DNA of 64,000 nt from Candidatus Pacearchaeota archaeon (GTDB lineage Archaea; Nanobdellota; Nanobdellia; Pacearchaeales; GW2011-AR1), in the NCBI GenBank assembly GCA_016188825.1, contig JACPHA010000011.1, positions 80,317-144,316 of the forward strand. Direction: 5' to 3'. The first letter of the stretch is position 1. Every line of letters starts with the position of its first letter. Below are positions 20,185 to 30,083 of this stretch, one piece after another. The position numbers and the translations under genes were made by a program. The notes below the pieces were generated by a model. It was given only the letters and a program-made list of their open reading frames with translations, searched no databases and was not told where the DNA came from.

Positions 20185-20306
20185 GTTTTTTTATATAAAC
20201 GTATAATAATTTGTATATTTATAGAGTTTTTGCTACGGAGATAGCGTAGAGTTATATAGAAAGTTTTTTTATTTATTATTTGTTTGCAGTTAAAAAATAG
20301 ATATAG

Positions 20307-20391
20307 AAGGACTCAAAGAACAAGTTCTTTGATACATTCAACTGGAAGTTGAAGTCTTTGAAAAAATCAGAAAAATAGGGGTTATTCAAAG
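20307..20391 (+). repeat. R3 85-bp direct repeat (right of gatA)
   Basis: same sequence with 1-2 mismatches. Confidence 0.7.
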
Positions 20392-20771
20392 ATGATATGA
20401 GAATTCTTAAGAAATAGTTTGTTTTGGCAGAAATAAATACAAAAATAAATAAAATGCAAAAACTTGAAATATTAATAAATGAAAGGAGGAAAATTGTGAT
20501 ACTTAAATCATAATCCTATGACGATAGGAAAGGCGACCCTGTTCCAGACATTAACCATCAAGGTTGTTTCTCTGATTAGGGCACCTCTCAAAAATAAAAC
20601 ATAACAACGACTTGTCATAGTGTGGCATAGACCACGAATAGGTGTATGTCGAATTTTTTTATCACCATAAAACTTATTAACTTTAAAGATTTTATTGAAG
20701 AAGATTGGCGGAGTTCTCATAGATGGACAATTCGAATGAACTGGAATATATTAACAACGAATTCTCCATAT

Positions 20772-20868
20772 ATTACAGAGAATTGCATAGGATATGTCTC
20801 ATGTTTTTTGCAATTCTCTGTCTGTACAATTGCAAATAAATGTCACATAAGTAATGCAATTGTCCATA
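20772..20868 (+). repeat. R1 family copy (full)
   Basis: two hairpins: cagagaattgca/tgcaattctctg and acaattgca/tgcaattgt. Confidence 0.7.
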
Positions 20869-20881
20869 ATCGCGTTATTAT

Positions 20882-21322
20882 TCACTGTTTGCTGAGAAAT
20901 TTTTCAATTTCTTCAATTATCAAATCAAAATCCTCTAACCCGTTTTTAATGTCAGAATATGCTTTCTCGTTATCAATTTCTACATATTTATGAACTAAAA
21001 TGTTTCTGAATTTCTTTATCTCTTTTATTTTTGAGAAAAAATTTTGAGAAAATAATTTTTTATTTTCAAGTTTGAAAATTATGTCGTCTTCTACTTCCGG
21101 CGTACCAAGATGCATATCAGCGTTTATTATGGCCAAGATATCAATAAATAATTCTATAATCCCTTTAACTTCCTTGTATACGGCATCCCTTATCAGACGC
21201 GAATTTTTGAACTCTTCGATATCAGAAGGGAAGTTTTCTTTTACTACAAGTATCAAATCTACTGCTTTTTCAAGCTTTGATTTTATTAGTTCTACTCTCA
21301 ATTTAAAATCTTCCTTCTTCAT
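20882..21322 (-). CDS. HEPN-domain protein (HepT/DUF86-like toxin)
   Basis: 146 aa; R-x4-H motif (RNILVHKY); 4-bp overlap with upstream MNT gene. Confidence 0.6.
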   Translation of the reverse strand: MKKEDFKLRVELIKSKLEKAVDLILVVKENFPSDIEEFKNSRLIRDAVYKEVKGIIELFIDILAIINADMHLGTPEVEDDIIFKLENKKLFSQNFFSKIKEIKKFRNILVHKYVEIDNEKAYSDIKNGLEDFDLIIEEIEKFLSKQ

Positions 21323-21696
21323 TTCATCCGCTCCATTTTTATATAATCATAATAATACTTCTTAAAATAGCTAAATTCTTTTATTGTTTTATATGCGATA
21401 TCGTAAACAAAGGTTATATCTTTTGCGTAAATTACCTTTCCCCTAAAAACTTCTTTTTTAATAAACAGAGGAAGGTCTTGAAAAACTTTTGCATCAAAGC
21501 GAATGTTAAAGTTAGCATTGAGCATGAACTTAAATCTATCTTTGTCATTGCCTTCATAATAAACGGCAAAGTCATAATCTGACATTTTATTTGCTCTCCC
21601 TTCTGCTTGCGAGCCGAATAGAATTACAAATTTCACTCTATAAAAATCGCTCATTTCTTTCAATTTTTTCATAAATAATTTTATATTTTTGTCCAT
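21319..21696 (-). CDS. Minimal nucleotidyltransferase (MntA-like antitoxin)
   Basis: 125 aa; GS-x9-SDYD motif (LFGSQAEGRANKMSDYDFAV). Confidence 0.6.
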   Translation of the reverse strand: MDKNIKLFMKKLKEMSDFYRVKFVILFGSQAEGRANKMSDYDFAVYYEGNDKDRFKFMLNANFNIRFDAKVFQDLPLFIKKEVFRGKVIYAKDITFVYDIAYKTIKEFSYFKKYYYDYIKMERMK

Positions 21697-21882
21697 TGGT
21701 ATTAATATAAAACAAGATTTAAATATCTATAGTTGAATTGGTCCTGTAATAGACCAGAATATACCGAGAATTACAATAAAGATATTGCCTAAAATTTCAC
21801 TGTCTTCGTAGCAATCTCTAATTGTCAAATTGACAACGCAGCAAGCTGTGAGGTATTAAACCCAATTTGACAATAACGATTG

Positions 21883-21953
21883 AACATATCCTATGCAATT
21901 CTTTATCTGTACAATTGCAAATAAACATCGCATAAGCCAGGCAATTGTTTATT
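21883..21953 (+). repeat. R1 family copy (5'-truncated, diverged)
   Basis: gaacatatcctatgcaattctttatctgtacaattgcaaataaacatcgcataagccaggcaattgtttat. Confidence 0.5.
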
Positions 21954-21955
21954 GG

Positions 21956-22261
21956 TTACCACTCAATTTTTTTTATGGGCTTTTTGTTGTAAATTATTTC
22001 ACTTAGTTCATAGAATTCTATGCTATTTTCAATGTTGTCTGAAAAGTATCTTATTTGATAGTCCTTGTCTGTTTTTTGGTCAAAAAGTTCGATTGCCATT
22101 TCTTTTGTCGAGCCATGATCCAATAATATGTATTGGGAATCAATTTCTAAAGCGAGAGAATCAACTTTTACTTTGTCGCCTTTTTTTAACTGAGAGATTG
22201 GTTTTGAGGAGCTTATTTCTATTTCATTGATTTCTTCAAGTTTTTCTGATTTGTTTTTCAT
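21956..22261 (-). CDS. Hypothetical protein
   Basis: 101 aa ORF, K/E-rich native composition. Confidence 0.3.
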   Translation of the reverse strand: MKNKSEKLEEINEIEISSSKPISQLKKGDKVKVDSLALEIDSQYILLDHGSTKEMAIELFDQKTDKDYQIRYFSDNIENSIEFYELSEIIYNKKPIKKIEW

Positions 22262-22368
22262 CTAATATTTTTGAGAAAAATATGTTTTTAAAGGTTTTTG
22301 ATTTTTTCTGCTTAGAAAAAAATTATTTTTGGCACAGTATCAATAAATTATTGCACCCCCATCAAAAT

Positions 22369-22466
22369 AATTACAGAGAATTGCATAGGATATGTCTCAT
22401 TTTTTTTGCAATTCTCTGTCTGTACAATTACAAATAAATGTCACATAAGTAATGCAATTGTCCATA
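22369..22466 (+). repeat. R1 family copy (full)
   Basis: near-identical to 20772-20868. Confidence 0.7.
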
Positions 22467-22706
22467 GTATAGGATACAAATTCTGTTCTAAACATTTGAT
22501 TATCAAATCTTGATTATGATTAATATAAAATATTTTATCGTTGTGAATTATTGATAATGATTGAAAACAAAGAATCTTCATTGGACTAATTTAGAATATA
22601 TCATTTTTGACTCCTGTCAATAAGTAAATTTGTTACTTTAAAGAAGCAAAAGATTTAAAAACCGAAAAAGATATAAACTTGAGAGTATATTGGAAATACA
22701 CAGAAA

Positions 22707-24779
22707 ATGGGATTAACAAAGTACTTGAGTGGGGTTGGAAGAAAAGTAGCGATAGTTGGAGCTGGGCTGGCTGCGGTGTTTTATGGGGGCAATGCAAGAG
22801 CAGTTGATAGAAATATACGCCCTAATTGGACATTTCAGGAAATTAACAACTATTTAAATTCAGGCACCTGCGCAGGTATGTCCTATCCGGGAGGAGAAGC
22901 TTGCCCAGTAGCAGGAGACACAATAATATTTAATGGTAATGGAGATGGTAGCGAAGGAGTTTATACTCCGCCATCAGGACCTCCGGTGCAGAGCTATGAA
23001 TTAAGAACTAATAATGTTAATATAACTCATAACAATGCAAGATTCCAAGGAGGCGATGCAAATTCGCAAGTTTTGTTTAGAACATTTTCGGAAGGTAATA
23101 CAATAAGCGGATGCAGCTTTTATGCAAGAGATAACTCAAGTCAGTACGGAATATTTGCAGAAGAGGGGTTTAAACCAGAAAATCCAGTAATTTTAACTAG
23201 CAATAATTTTTATAATTTTGATGTTTCAATTTCTTTTGGCCATATATCAACGAATGGAATTAACAATGTTGCAGGTTTTAGGGTAGATGGAAATTATATT
23301 GAAAATACTGTTATTGGGACTTTTTTTTCCGAAAAACCAGAACCAACAAATAATACAATAATATATGGAGTTGTTAAAAATAATACTCATAAAAAAGTAA
23401 AGGGCCTGGGATTTAAACTATTAATGTATGTCGATCCCGGTCAACAAGCAGGAGCCACCACCACAAGAATTGCTCCAGGCATAAACGAGTTTGATGGTAA
23501 TATTTTTGTTGATTGTGATGGTACTCCTTTACCATCGGATGCCTACAATGCCGTCCCTCCTTCCCCAAGCGGAGTTGCTGCTACGATGGGCAATCCTGAT
23601 AGCAACATGGAGTTTGATATCGCTAGAGAAGCTTTTCTTGGAGGAACTAATTGCCCAACAGGTCAGGAGGATACATGCTTTGTTGACTACATGCAAAATG
23701 TTTGGCCTAATTCAGACAACATTGCTGGAGCTACAGCAACCGAAGCAGGATTAAATTGGGCTTTGAGACCCAAGCCAGGTAGCCCAGCCATACCAAGAAA
23801 AGCAGGTGCATTTACTCCGGTTTTCTATACAGGACCCAGAACAGGAGACTGGCAGGTAACAAAGACCGATTTTACAGGCTCAAATGGATTTAGAAGAGCG
23901 TTTTATTTATCATCTCAAGGAAATTTGTCAGCTAGCTTAAAAAATATTCATGATGTAGACGGGGATAATTTAGTAGAATGGTATGATTTTGATAATACTC
24001 AGGACGGAGGATTTTTGCAAGCCTGTATTGATTGCAATGATGATTTGGATAACAATGGCATAAATGATTTAGAAGACATATTGAATGGAGATTTGCAAGG
24101 ACAAAATCTAGACAGAGATGATAATGCAGTTTTAGACTCTCATCAATCTTGTTTTATAGCACAACCACTCCAACTCGAACCAAACCACGTAGTAATGAAT
24201 AGATATTTATCTTTTGGTTCGGGAAATCCAGATGAGATGGTTGCGGTAAGGCTTACGAGAGATGATGGACAGACAAGATATATCCAGGGGTTAAGGCAGG
24301 TTTCAGAGCTGTCAAGCCAAAATGGCTCAACACCGGCACCGACATTTACTTTTGCTAATCTTGGTTGTGAGCCATTTTTCCAGGTTTTAGGAGCAAATCC
24401 AATTTATGTCGGAGGGGAAGAAATTATCCCGGGCAGAAATTATCAAAGTCAAGCAATTATAGAAGGATGTTTATTGGATGAAGGTAATTTTTCTGCTCCA
24501 TTGACAATATCCACTGTAACGAAGTGGGGAGATGTAGCTGGCCCTTTCCAAAATGGAGCATATACTTCTCCAGACGGGAGAGTCGACATCGCTCCCGATG
24601 TTTTGGCTATTCTAGATAAATTCAGCAATAAACCCACTGCTCCTAGCAAAACAAGAGCAGATATTGAACCACGCATTCCAGATCAGAAGATTAACATAAC
24701 TGATATTTCTCGCGACCTGGACGCATTTAGAGGACTGCCTTATCCATTTACAGGAGCAGATCCGAACGAATGTCCTTAA
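22707..24779 (+). CDS. Secreted parallel beta-helix protein with C-terminal acidic dockerin/Ca-binding-like repeats
   Basis: 690 aa; signal peptide; NNxxN beta-helix-like repeats; DCNDDLDNNGINDLEDILNGD acidic repeats; K-poor, G/N/T/D/P-rich, visibly higher GC than neighbours. Confidence 0.55.
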   Translation: MGLTKYLSGVGRKVAIVGAGLAAVFYGGNARAVDRNIRPNWTFQEINNYLNSGTCAGMSYPGGEACPVAGDTIIFNGNGDGSEGVYTPPSGPPVQSYELRTNNVNITHNNARFQGGDANSQVLFRTFSEGNTISGCSFYARDNSSQYGIFAEEGFKPENPVILTSNNFYNFDVSISFGHISTNGINNVAGFRVDGNYIENTVIGTFFSEKPEPTNNTIIYGVVKNNTHKKVKGLGFKLLMYVDPGQQAGATTTRIAPGINEFDGNIFVDCDGTPLPSDAYNAVPPSPSGVAATMGNPDSNMEFDIAREAFLGGTNCPTGQEDTCFVDYMQNVWPNSDNIAGATATEAGLNWALRPKPGSPAIPRKAGAFTPVFYTGPRTGDWQVTKTDFTGSNGFRRAFYLSSQGNLSASLKNIHDVDGDNLVEWYDFDNTQDGGFLQACIDCNDDLDNNGINDLEDILNGDLQGQNLDRDDNAVLDSHQSCFIAQPLQLEPNHVVMNRYLSFGSGNPDEMVAVRLTRDDGQTRYIQGLRQVSELSSQNGSTPAPTFTFANLGCEPFFQVLGANPIYVGGEEIIPGRNYQSQAIIEGCLLDEGNFSAPLTISTVTKWGDVAGPFQNGAYTSPDGRVDIAPDVLAILDKFSNKPTAPSKTRADIEPRIPDQKINITDISRDLDAFRGLPYPFTGADPNECP

Positions 24780-24944
24780 AACCGGTTAGAGAGTTGTAAT
24801 AATCTTTTAGATATTTTTGAGTAAGGCTGTTATTTTAAGATAATTTTAAACGATAACAAAGCCCAGTTATTTTCATGTTAACTTTGGAGAGATTTGTATA
24901 ATAAAAGTAGAAATATTTAAATAGTTGAGAGTGATAGTTGTGTT

Positions 24945-25058
24945 ATGGCGATAAATATTAGTATTGACGAAGTAGCAAAAAAGGAACTGAACGAATTAGT
25001 CGCGATGCTTAAATTATCAAAATCGAAACTTGTAAGGATGGCGGCACAAAAATTTTAA
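24945..25058 (+). CDS. Possible 37-aa ribbon-helix-helix (CopG-like) micro-ORF
   Basis: MAINISIDEVAKKELNELVAMLKLSKSKLV.. resembles an RHH beta-strand plus helix; not in ORF track (<60 aa). Confidence 0.2.
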   Translation: MAINISIDEVAKKELNELVAMLKLSKSKLVRMAAQKF

Positions 25059-25080
25059 GAAATAGAAAGATTTCTAAGAT

Positions 25081-28000
25081 TTAGGAAGGCATTAAAATAA
25101 ATGTCAAATTTGTACTTTTTGTTAAATTCAACGATTGCGTTCCTGTCACATAATCGACTTTGCTTGCATTAATAGTATAGTTTGTCTGATATGTTCTTGC
25201 AGAACCATTTACAGTATATTCTGTAACATTCTGCCTTACAATGTTTCCTGATGAGTTTGTTGTTATATTATGTGTTAATCCTCCAGTGTTGTTGTAAAAT
25301 AAAACTCTTGCTCCGCTTAATGAGTTATTTAAGTGGTCTTGAACACGAACATCGACGTACCATTGTTTGTAGAGAGTGCCGTTTATGACATTGTGTGTGG
25401 AATGGTTTGTATTTATTAAGTAAATTTCTTGATTGCTTGAAACGACTACATTTTCTAGATTAGAGCCGGAGATGTTAGAATCGATTATTTTGATGTTACT
25501 ACAAAAAGTACAGTAAATATTAAAATCAGTGACAGTACCTCCTCCTAAGTTTCCCAAAAATTTAGAGCGAATAATAGAAATATTTGAAGACAAGAGTTCT
25601 AAATCTGATACTTCTGCATTACTTAAAGTATTATTTTCGAATATAACATTTGATGTATTTATAGCTAGACCTCTTTTTAGATTGGCGGTTGTACTGCCTG
25701 CGTAACTAACATATGAATTCTTTAATATGAATTCTGAGCCAGTTAAAACTTGAAATTCGTGTCTAAAGGTATTGGATCTAGTTATGTTTGAATAGTTGGC
25801 TGAGAGATTTCCTGAGACATAAATACTATTTTCTGCATCTCCGATAGAGTTATTCATCTCCAAAGTACAACTTTCCATAATTAGTTTTCCTGTGGAAGTT
25901 ACATTAATATCAGCAGTGCTGACATATCTGCAAGGTCTAGAAGAGTCTGAAAGATTGTTAAAAACTTGGGCATTATTAACTCTCGTATAAATATCATGTA
26001 AGGTTTCTGTCGTTGTTACTTCTATTACATCGATAATGGGGGAGATTATTTGAAATTGTCTTGTTCCATTAAATCCTGTTGAATTGCCGTCGCTTGCATT
26101 CACATTCCAAAAATAAGTTTGTCCTTGATTTAATTTATATAAATTATCTACTTCTGCTGGTGATAATGTTCTATTCCAGATTCCAACTTCATCAATTACT
26201 CCTAAGAATGTGCCTACTCCAACTTCATCATCTCCAATCCATGTTGTTTCAGTATCTTGCCATGCGGTTATATTAATTGTTTTAAAATTGCAGATTGTTG
26301 AATTTACCGTTGTTATTATATTATTAACGTATAAAGATAAATTTCCAGTTGAATTTTCCCACGTTCCAGTAACCATTCTCCATTCTTCAAGAGTCCAGTT
26401 TTGAGCAGTAACAGAACAAAATGTGCTGTTTCCATTCTCTCCTATATCAAATATAAAACTACCTGGGCTTGAAGTTCTAAATCTAAAAAATCTATTATTT
26501 GTTGTTCCCGAAGTCCCCCATCTTGCTAATATTATATTTCCCGTCCCACTTGTTTTCTTTTTAACCCACATTGAAAAGCTGCATCCATTATTGCATAAAT
26601 CTTTATGGGCGGTTTGATTTAAAATATTAATTCCTATAGAGCCCGTGAAATTATAAGCTCCTCCCAAGATTCCAGAGAAATTATCATATCTTATATTTGC
26701 AGGTTCGCTTGGAGTATCTCCATCAAAATTATGGCTTGAAAAATCATGGATTATTCCTGTTGTTAAACCTTCTCCGCTTTCATTAAATTCTTTTCTATTG
26801 TCAAAATGATACAAGCCCCACATAGTTCCATCATCAATTAATGGCGGAACAGACCAGTTATATGTTTGCTCAATAAAATTAGTCCCATTTCCTCTAAATT
26901 TTTTTCTATTTATTATGCTTTCATCTATTTTTGTTAAATTGGAATTTCCATAAACAATGCTTTCAATTGTATTATTTTCTATATCTCGAACACTCCAATT
27001 TAGCAGCGTATATCTCGTATTTATGATTGAATTATTTGCAGGAGCATTAAGATTAATATTTGGAGGATTTCCGAAAATTCTCGTAAAATTCAATCTTACT
27101 TGAACTTGGTCAACTGCGGCAATTCCTGCTGTGCCACCATTATCTGTAAAATTAAGTCTTACTCCGAACTCTTGATTTGTTAATTCTCTTTTACTCCAAT
27201 TTCTTCCCCAATCATATGTTAAATTTCCGTATATAATTGTTGTTTCTGTGCAACCAAAAGTGTTAATAACTCTTCCTGATGTATAAGAAATATTAGAGCT
27301 TAAATTATAATTTAAATCTACGCCGATATCTGCCTGTCTCCCAGCAGCACAGAAACTTACTGCAGACCTTCCTTCCACGCTTACTTCTATGCCGTGAACA
27401 GTCCATGATTCATCTAAATTTTCTGTTGGTGAGATAAAACTAAAATTATGTGCGTGCATTACTTCGTATAAAGTTGATTCATCAGCTCTTGCATTGTCGG
27501 AGACAAAAGTATTATTACAGTTTGCCCATTGTTGAGTATTTGTGTCGCATGCTGACGGAGATTTATAAGGTGTTATTTCAGGGTCTAATCTTATTGTTAA
27601 ACCATTAAGAAACATAGAATTTTCATTTGTTAAACCTAAAGCGACTATTGAGCCATCGTAATAACCAAAAATGCTACCATTTCCAATATAAATATCTGTA
27701 ATATTAAATCCCGAATTAATTAAATCTCCAAATCTAAACTCATAATCGTAAAAATCAAACTTTGGAATTTTATCATTAAAACTCCCTCTTAAATGAACGG
27801 TTTCATTTTTTCTTAAAGTGCGTTCTTCGTTATCATAAATCAATCTTGTTCCTTCGCTTAACACATTAACATACCAAAATTTTACGTTTGTTAAATTATA
27901 ACCAAAATTATTTGTTATTGAATGCTTTAATTTAGCTGCTTTTTTTGGATGAAATTCTAAAATCTGTGTCCAACGAAAGTTTTGGTGGTTGTTGTAGTTT

Positions 28001-28314
28001 GTTAAAACATCAACAAGATATGAAATATTTGTGGTTTTGTTTATTTGTTCTATTGAAGTGTAATTTGAATAGATAGAATTCCAAATAAAATCTTCAGAAT
28101 TGTAGGTTTTGTTTTCTCTATTTACAACTCCTGTTACGACAAATCTTAGAGACCCTAAGGACTTTCCTTCTTTGTTTATCCCTATTTCCCCAGACGATGT
28201 TAACTGAAAGTTCAAACCATCATTGTGTGTAAATAAATCTTCAGCCCCTACGTCGTAAATTATAATTATAACAAAAAATATTAGGAAAACCCAAACTATT
28301 TTTCCTTTATTCAT
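25081..28314 (-). CDS. Large secreted surface protein (1077 aa) with LamG/ConA-like domain and beta-helix-like repeats, N-glycosylation-sequon rich
   Basis: Signal peptide; LamG-like block (..WGTSGTTNNRFFRFRTS..LYVNN..); many N-x-S/T; shares near-identical segments with the giant gene 31544-40384. Confidence 0.6.
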   Translation of the reverse strand: MNKGKIVWVFLIFFVIIIIYDVGAEDLFTHNDGLNFQLTSSGEIGINKEGKSLGSLRFVVTGVVNRENKTYNSEDFIWNSIYSNYTSIEQINKTTNISYLVDVLTNYNNHQNFRWTQILEFHPKKAAKLKHSITNNFGYNLTNVKFWYVNVLSEGTRLIYDNEERTLRKNETVHLRGSFNDKIPKFDFYDYEFRFGDLINSGFNITDIYIGNGSIFGYYDGSIVALGLTNENSMFLNGLTIRLDPEITPYKSPSACDTNTQQWANCNNTFVSDNARADESTLYEVMHAHNFSFISPTENLDESWTVHGIEVSVEGRSAVSFCAAGRQADIGVDLNYNLSSNISYTSGRVINTFGCTETTIIYGNLTYDWGRNWSKRELTNQEFGVRLNFTDNGGTAGIAAVDQVQVRLNFTRIFGNPPNINLNAPANNSIINTRYTLLNWSVRDIENNTIESIVYGNSNLTKIDESIINRKKFRGNGTNFIEQTYNWSVPPLIDDGTMWGLYHFDNRKEFNESGEGLTTGIIHDFSSHNFDGDTPSEPANIRYDNFSGILGGAYNFTGSIGINILNQTAHKDLCNNGCSFSMWVKKKTSGTGNIILARWGTSGTTNNRFFRFRTSSPGSFIFDIGENGNSTFCSVTAQNWTLEEWRMVTGTWENSTGNLSLYVNNIITTVNSTICNFKTINITAWQDTETTWIGDDEVGVGTFLGVIDEVGIWNRTLSPAEVDNLYKLNQGQTYFWNVNASDGNSTGFNGTRQFQIISPIIDVIEVTTTETLHDIYTRVNNAQVFNNLSDSSRPCRYVSTADINVTSTGKLIMESCTLEMNNSIGDAENSIYVSGNLSANYSNITRSNTFRHEFQVLTGSEFILKNSYVSYAGSTTANLKRGLAINTSNVIFENNTLSNAEVSDLELLSSNISIIRSKFLGNLGGGTVTDFNIYCTFCSNIKIIDSNISGSNLENVVVSSNQEIYLINTNHSTHNVINGTLYKQWYVDVRVQDHLNNSLSGARVLFYNNTGGLTHNITTNSSGNIVRQNVTEYTVNGSARTYQTNYTINASKVDYVTGTQSLNLTKSTNLTFILMPS

Positions 28315-28900
28315 TCGAATCCTCCACTAATTTTCTTATTTTTCTTTTCTTTCTAATTATTAAAACGACCGTAATTATTATCATTATTATTACAATTCCA
28401 ATAATTATCCATTTATTAATTGGTTTTTCTTCCGGTGCCAACAAGACTTCAACAGGTTTTTCAACAACCAACACAGGAATTGGAGTGTCTATTCCTGTTG
28501 AAAGAGAAACTCCTCCAGTACCTCCTGGAGCAACCTCAATAAAAGAAACAACTATTTTATATGTCGTGTTTATAGGAGTGTTTTCTGGAATTGATACTTC
28601 TATGGGGATAGGGATATCTTTGGTTTTTGCCTTCACTAAGTAATCTTTTTCATTCACGCTTGCAATTTCACTTCCTTCTATTAATTTGACTCTTATTGTA
28701 ACGTCATCTTCTCCAACCATGTTTTGCAAACCTAAATTAATAGTTCTTGTTTCTCCTGGATAAAAAGCAGCAGGAGTGTAGTCAGGTTTGTACCAATACT
28801 GCGAAGAAACTCCGAAAGCGTCGATTGAATTTAAAAATAAAATATTTGAGAATAAAATTAAACTCATTGATAAAATTAATTTTGTTGTTTTTTTTACCAT
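28307..28900 (-). CDS. Membrane-anchored small surface protein (signal peptide plus C-terminal TM and KRK tail)
   Basis: 197 aa; 8-bp overlap with downstream 1077-aa gene suggests co-transcription. Confidence 0.45.
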   Translation of the reverse strand: MVKKTTKLILSMSLILFSNILFLNSIDAFGVSSQYWYKPDYTPAAFYPGETRTINLGLQNMVGEDDVTIRVKLIEGSEIASVNEKDYLVKAKTKDIPIPIEVSIPENTPINTTYKIVVSFIEVAPGGTGGVSLSTGIDTPIPVLVVEKPVEVLLAPEEKPINKWIIIGIVIIMIIITVVLIIRKKRKIRKLVEDSNE

Positions 28901-28909
28901 TTTAAATTA

Positions 28910-29866
28910 TTATGTCAGTTTCACAAACCAGCTTCCTCCCGTGATTGTTGAATATGTTTGCGATGATATTCCTGACGGCACGGTTCTTAGGCAGTAATAA
29001 AGTTCTTCTTGCCCTGAAGTTTCATTTCCGTAATTTAATGTGTTGTTTCCTCTATTTAAAATTGTGTTCCCTAGTTGTCTGTCTGTTGCATTTTGCAATG
29101 TTGGAGTTGACAGAGCGCATTCTGCTGGAGGAGAGCCTCCGGTGCTGTTGCCAATGCTAAAGTTTCCCACACCGATGAATTGTGCAGGAGTTGTTTCGCC
29201 GTGAAGGTTAATTGCATTAACTGTTAAGTTCGGCGAGTTATAATTTCCAGTATTGTTAACTAAAGTTGGGTCGTTGCTTGCTGTCTGGTTTGTTGCTCCA
29301 ATGTTTACGGTGAATGTAAGAGAATTAGGTGATATTTTAAGGGCTTGCAATTGTCCATAACTAAAAGTCATGGAGGTGTTATGAATTCTTGTTGTATTTC
29401 CTAAGTCTGTTGCGCTTGCTCCGATATTCCAAACAGCATTTTCATCAAAATACCACATTTGAATTGTACAGGAATAATTTGCGCTTGTGGAGTCTATGTC
29501 TGCAACAAGAGAACAGCTTGTGTTTTGTCTCAACGGTTCTCCTGAATTAGTAAAGTTTGCCTGTACACTTGAATCATTTATGTCGTTAACTCCGTCGGAA
29601 TCATTGACAGTAACATAAAAAGTGAGACTAGTAAATGTATTTTCTGTTGGACCTGTTCCAGATAGAGTGCCATTAAACACATTGACTGTTACAGGATTTA
29701 TTCCAGTTAGTGTTACAGAAACATTTTCTGCCTGTTGTGTGGCTTTGCCTGTTATTTTAGTAAACCAGTCAGTTATTCCAGCAGAAACAAAATAACTGAA
29801 AATAGAAATAATAAAAATTATGATGATAAACATAAAAATTACAAAAAACACCTCTTTTTTTTCCAT
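28910..29866 (-). CDS. Surface protein paralogous to the distal ectodomain of the giant protein (N-terminal TM anchor)
   Basis: 318 aa; NFTNSGEPLRQNTSCSLVADIDSTSANYSCTIQMWYFDEN.. about 80% identical to giant protein segment; nucleotide blocks near-identical. Confidence 0.55.
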   Translation of the reverse strand: MEKKEVFFVIFMFIIIIFIISIFSYFVSAGITDWFTKITGKATQQAENVSVTLTGINPVTVNVFNGTLSGTGPTENTFTSLTFYVTVNDSDGVNDINDSSVQANFTNSGEPLRQNTSCSLVADIDSTSANYSCTIQMWYFDENAVWNIGASATDLGNTTRIHNTSMTFSYGQLQALKISPNSLTFTVNIGATNQTASNDPTLVNNTGNYNSPNLTVNAINLHGETTPAQFIGVGNFSIGNSTGGSPPAECALSTPTLQNATDRQLGNTILNRGNNTLNYGNETSGQEELYYCLRTVPSGISSQTYSTITGGSWFVKLT

Positions 29867-30083
29867 ATTTAAATTTTAAGCCAGCCCTGTTTTTAAATAT
29901 TATTGCACAATTTCTTTACTTTAAATAGGTAAAGATTTCTATGCATCAAGTCCAAGAGGGATTTTTAATGTTTTTATAGACAATTTGCTTGATTATGTTA
30001 CTCTTTTGCAAATTGTCTTATTAGAGAGTTTACATAAGATAAGTAACTCAATTATGTAAATTCTCTATAATCATCTCCACAAA

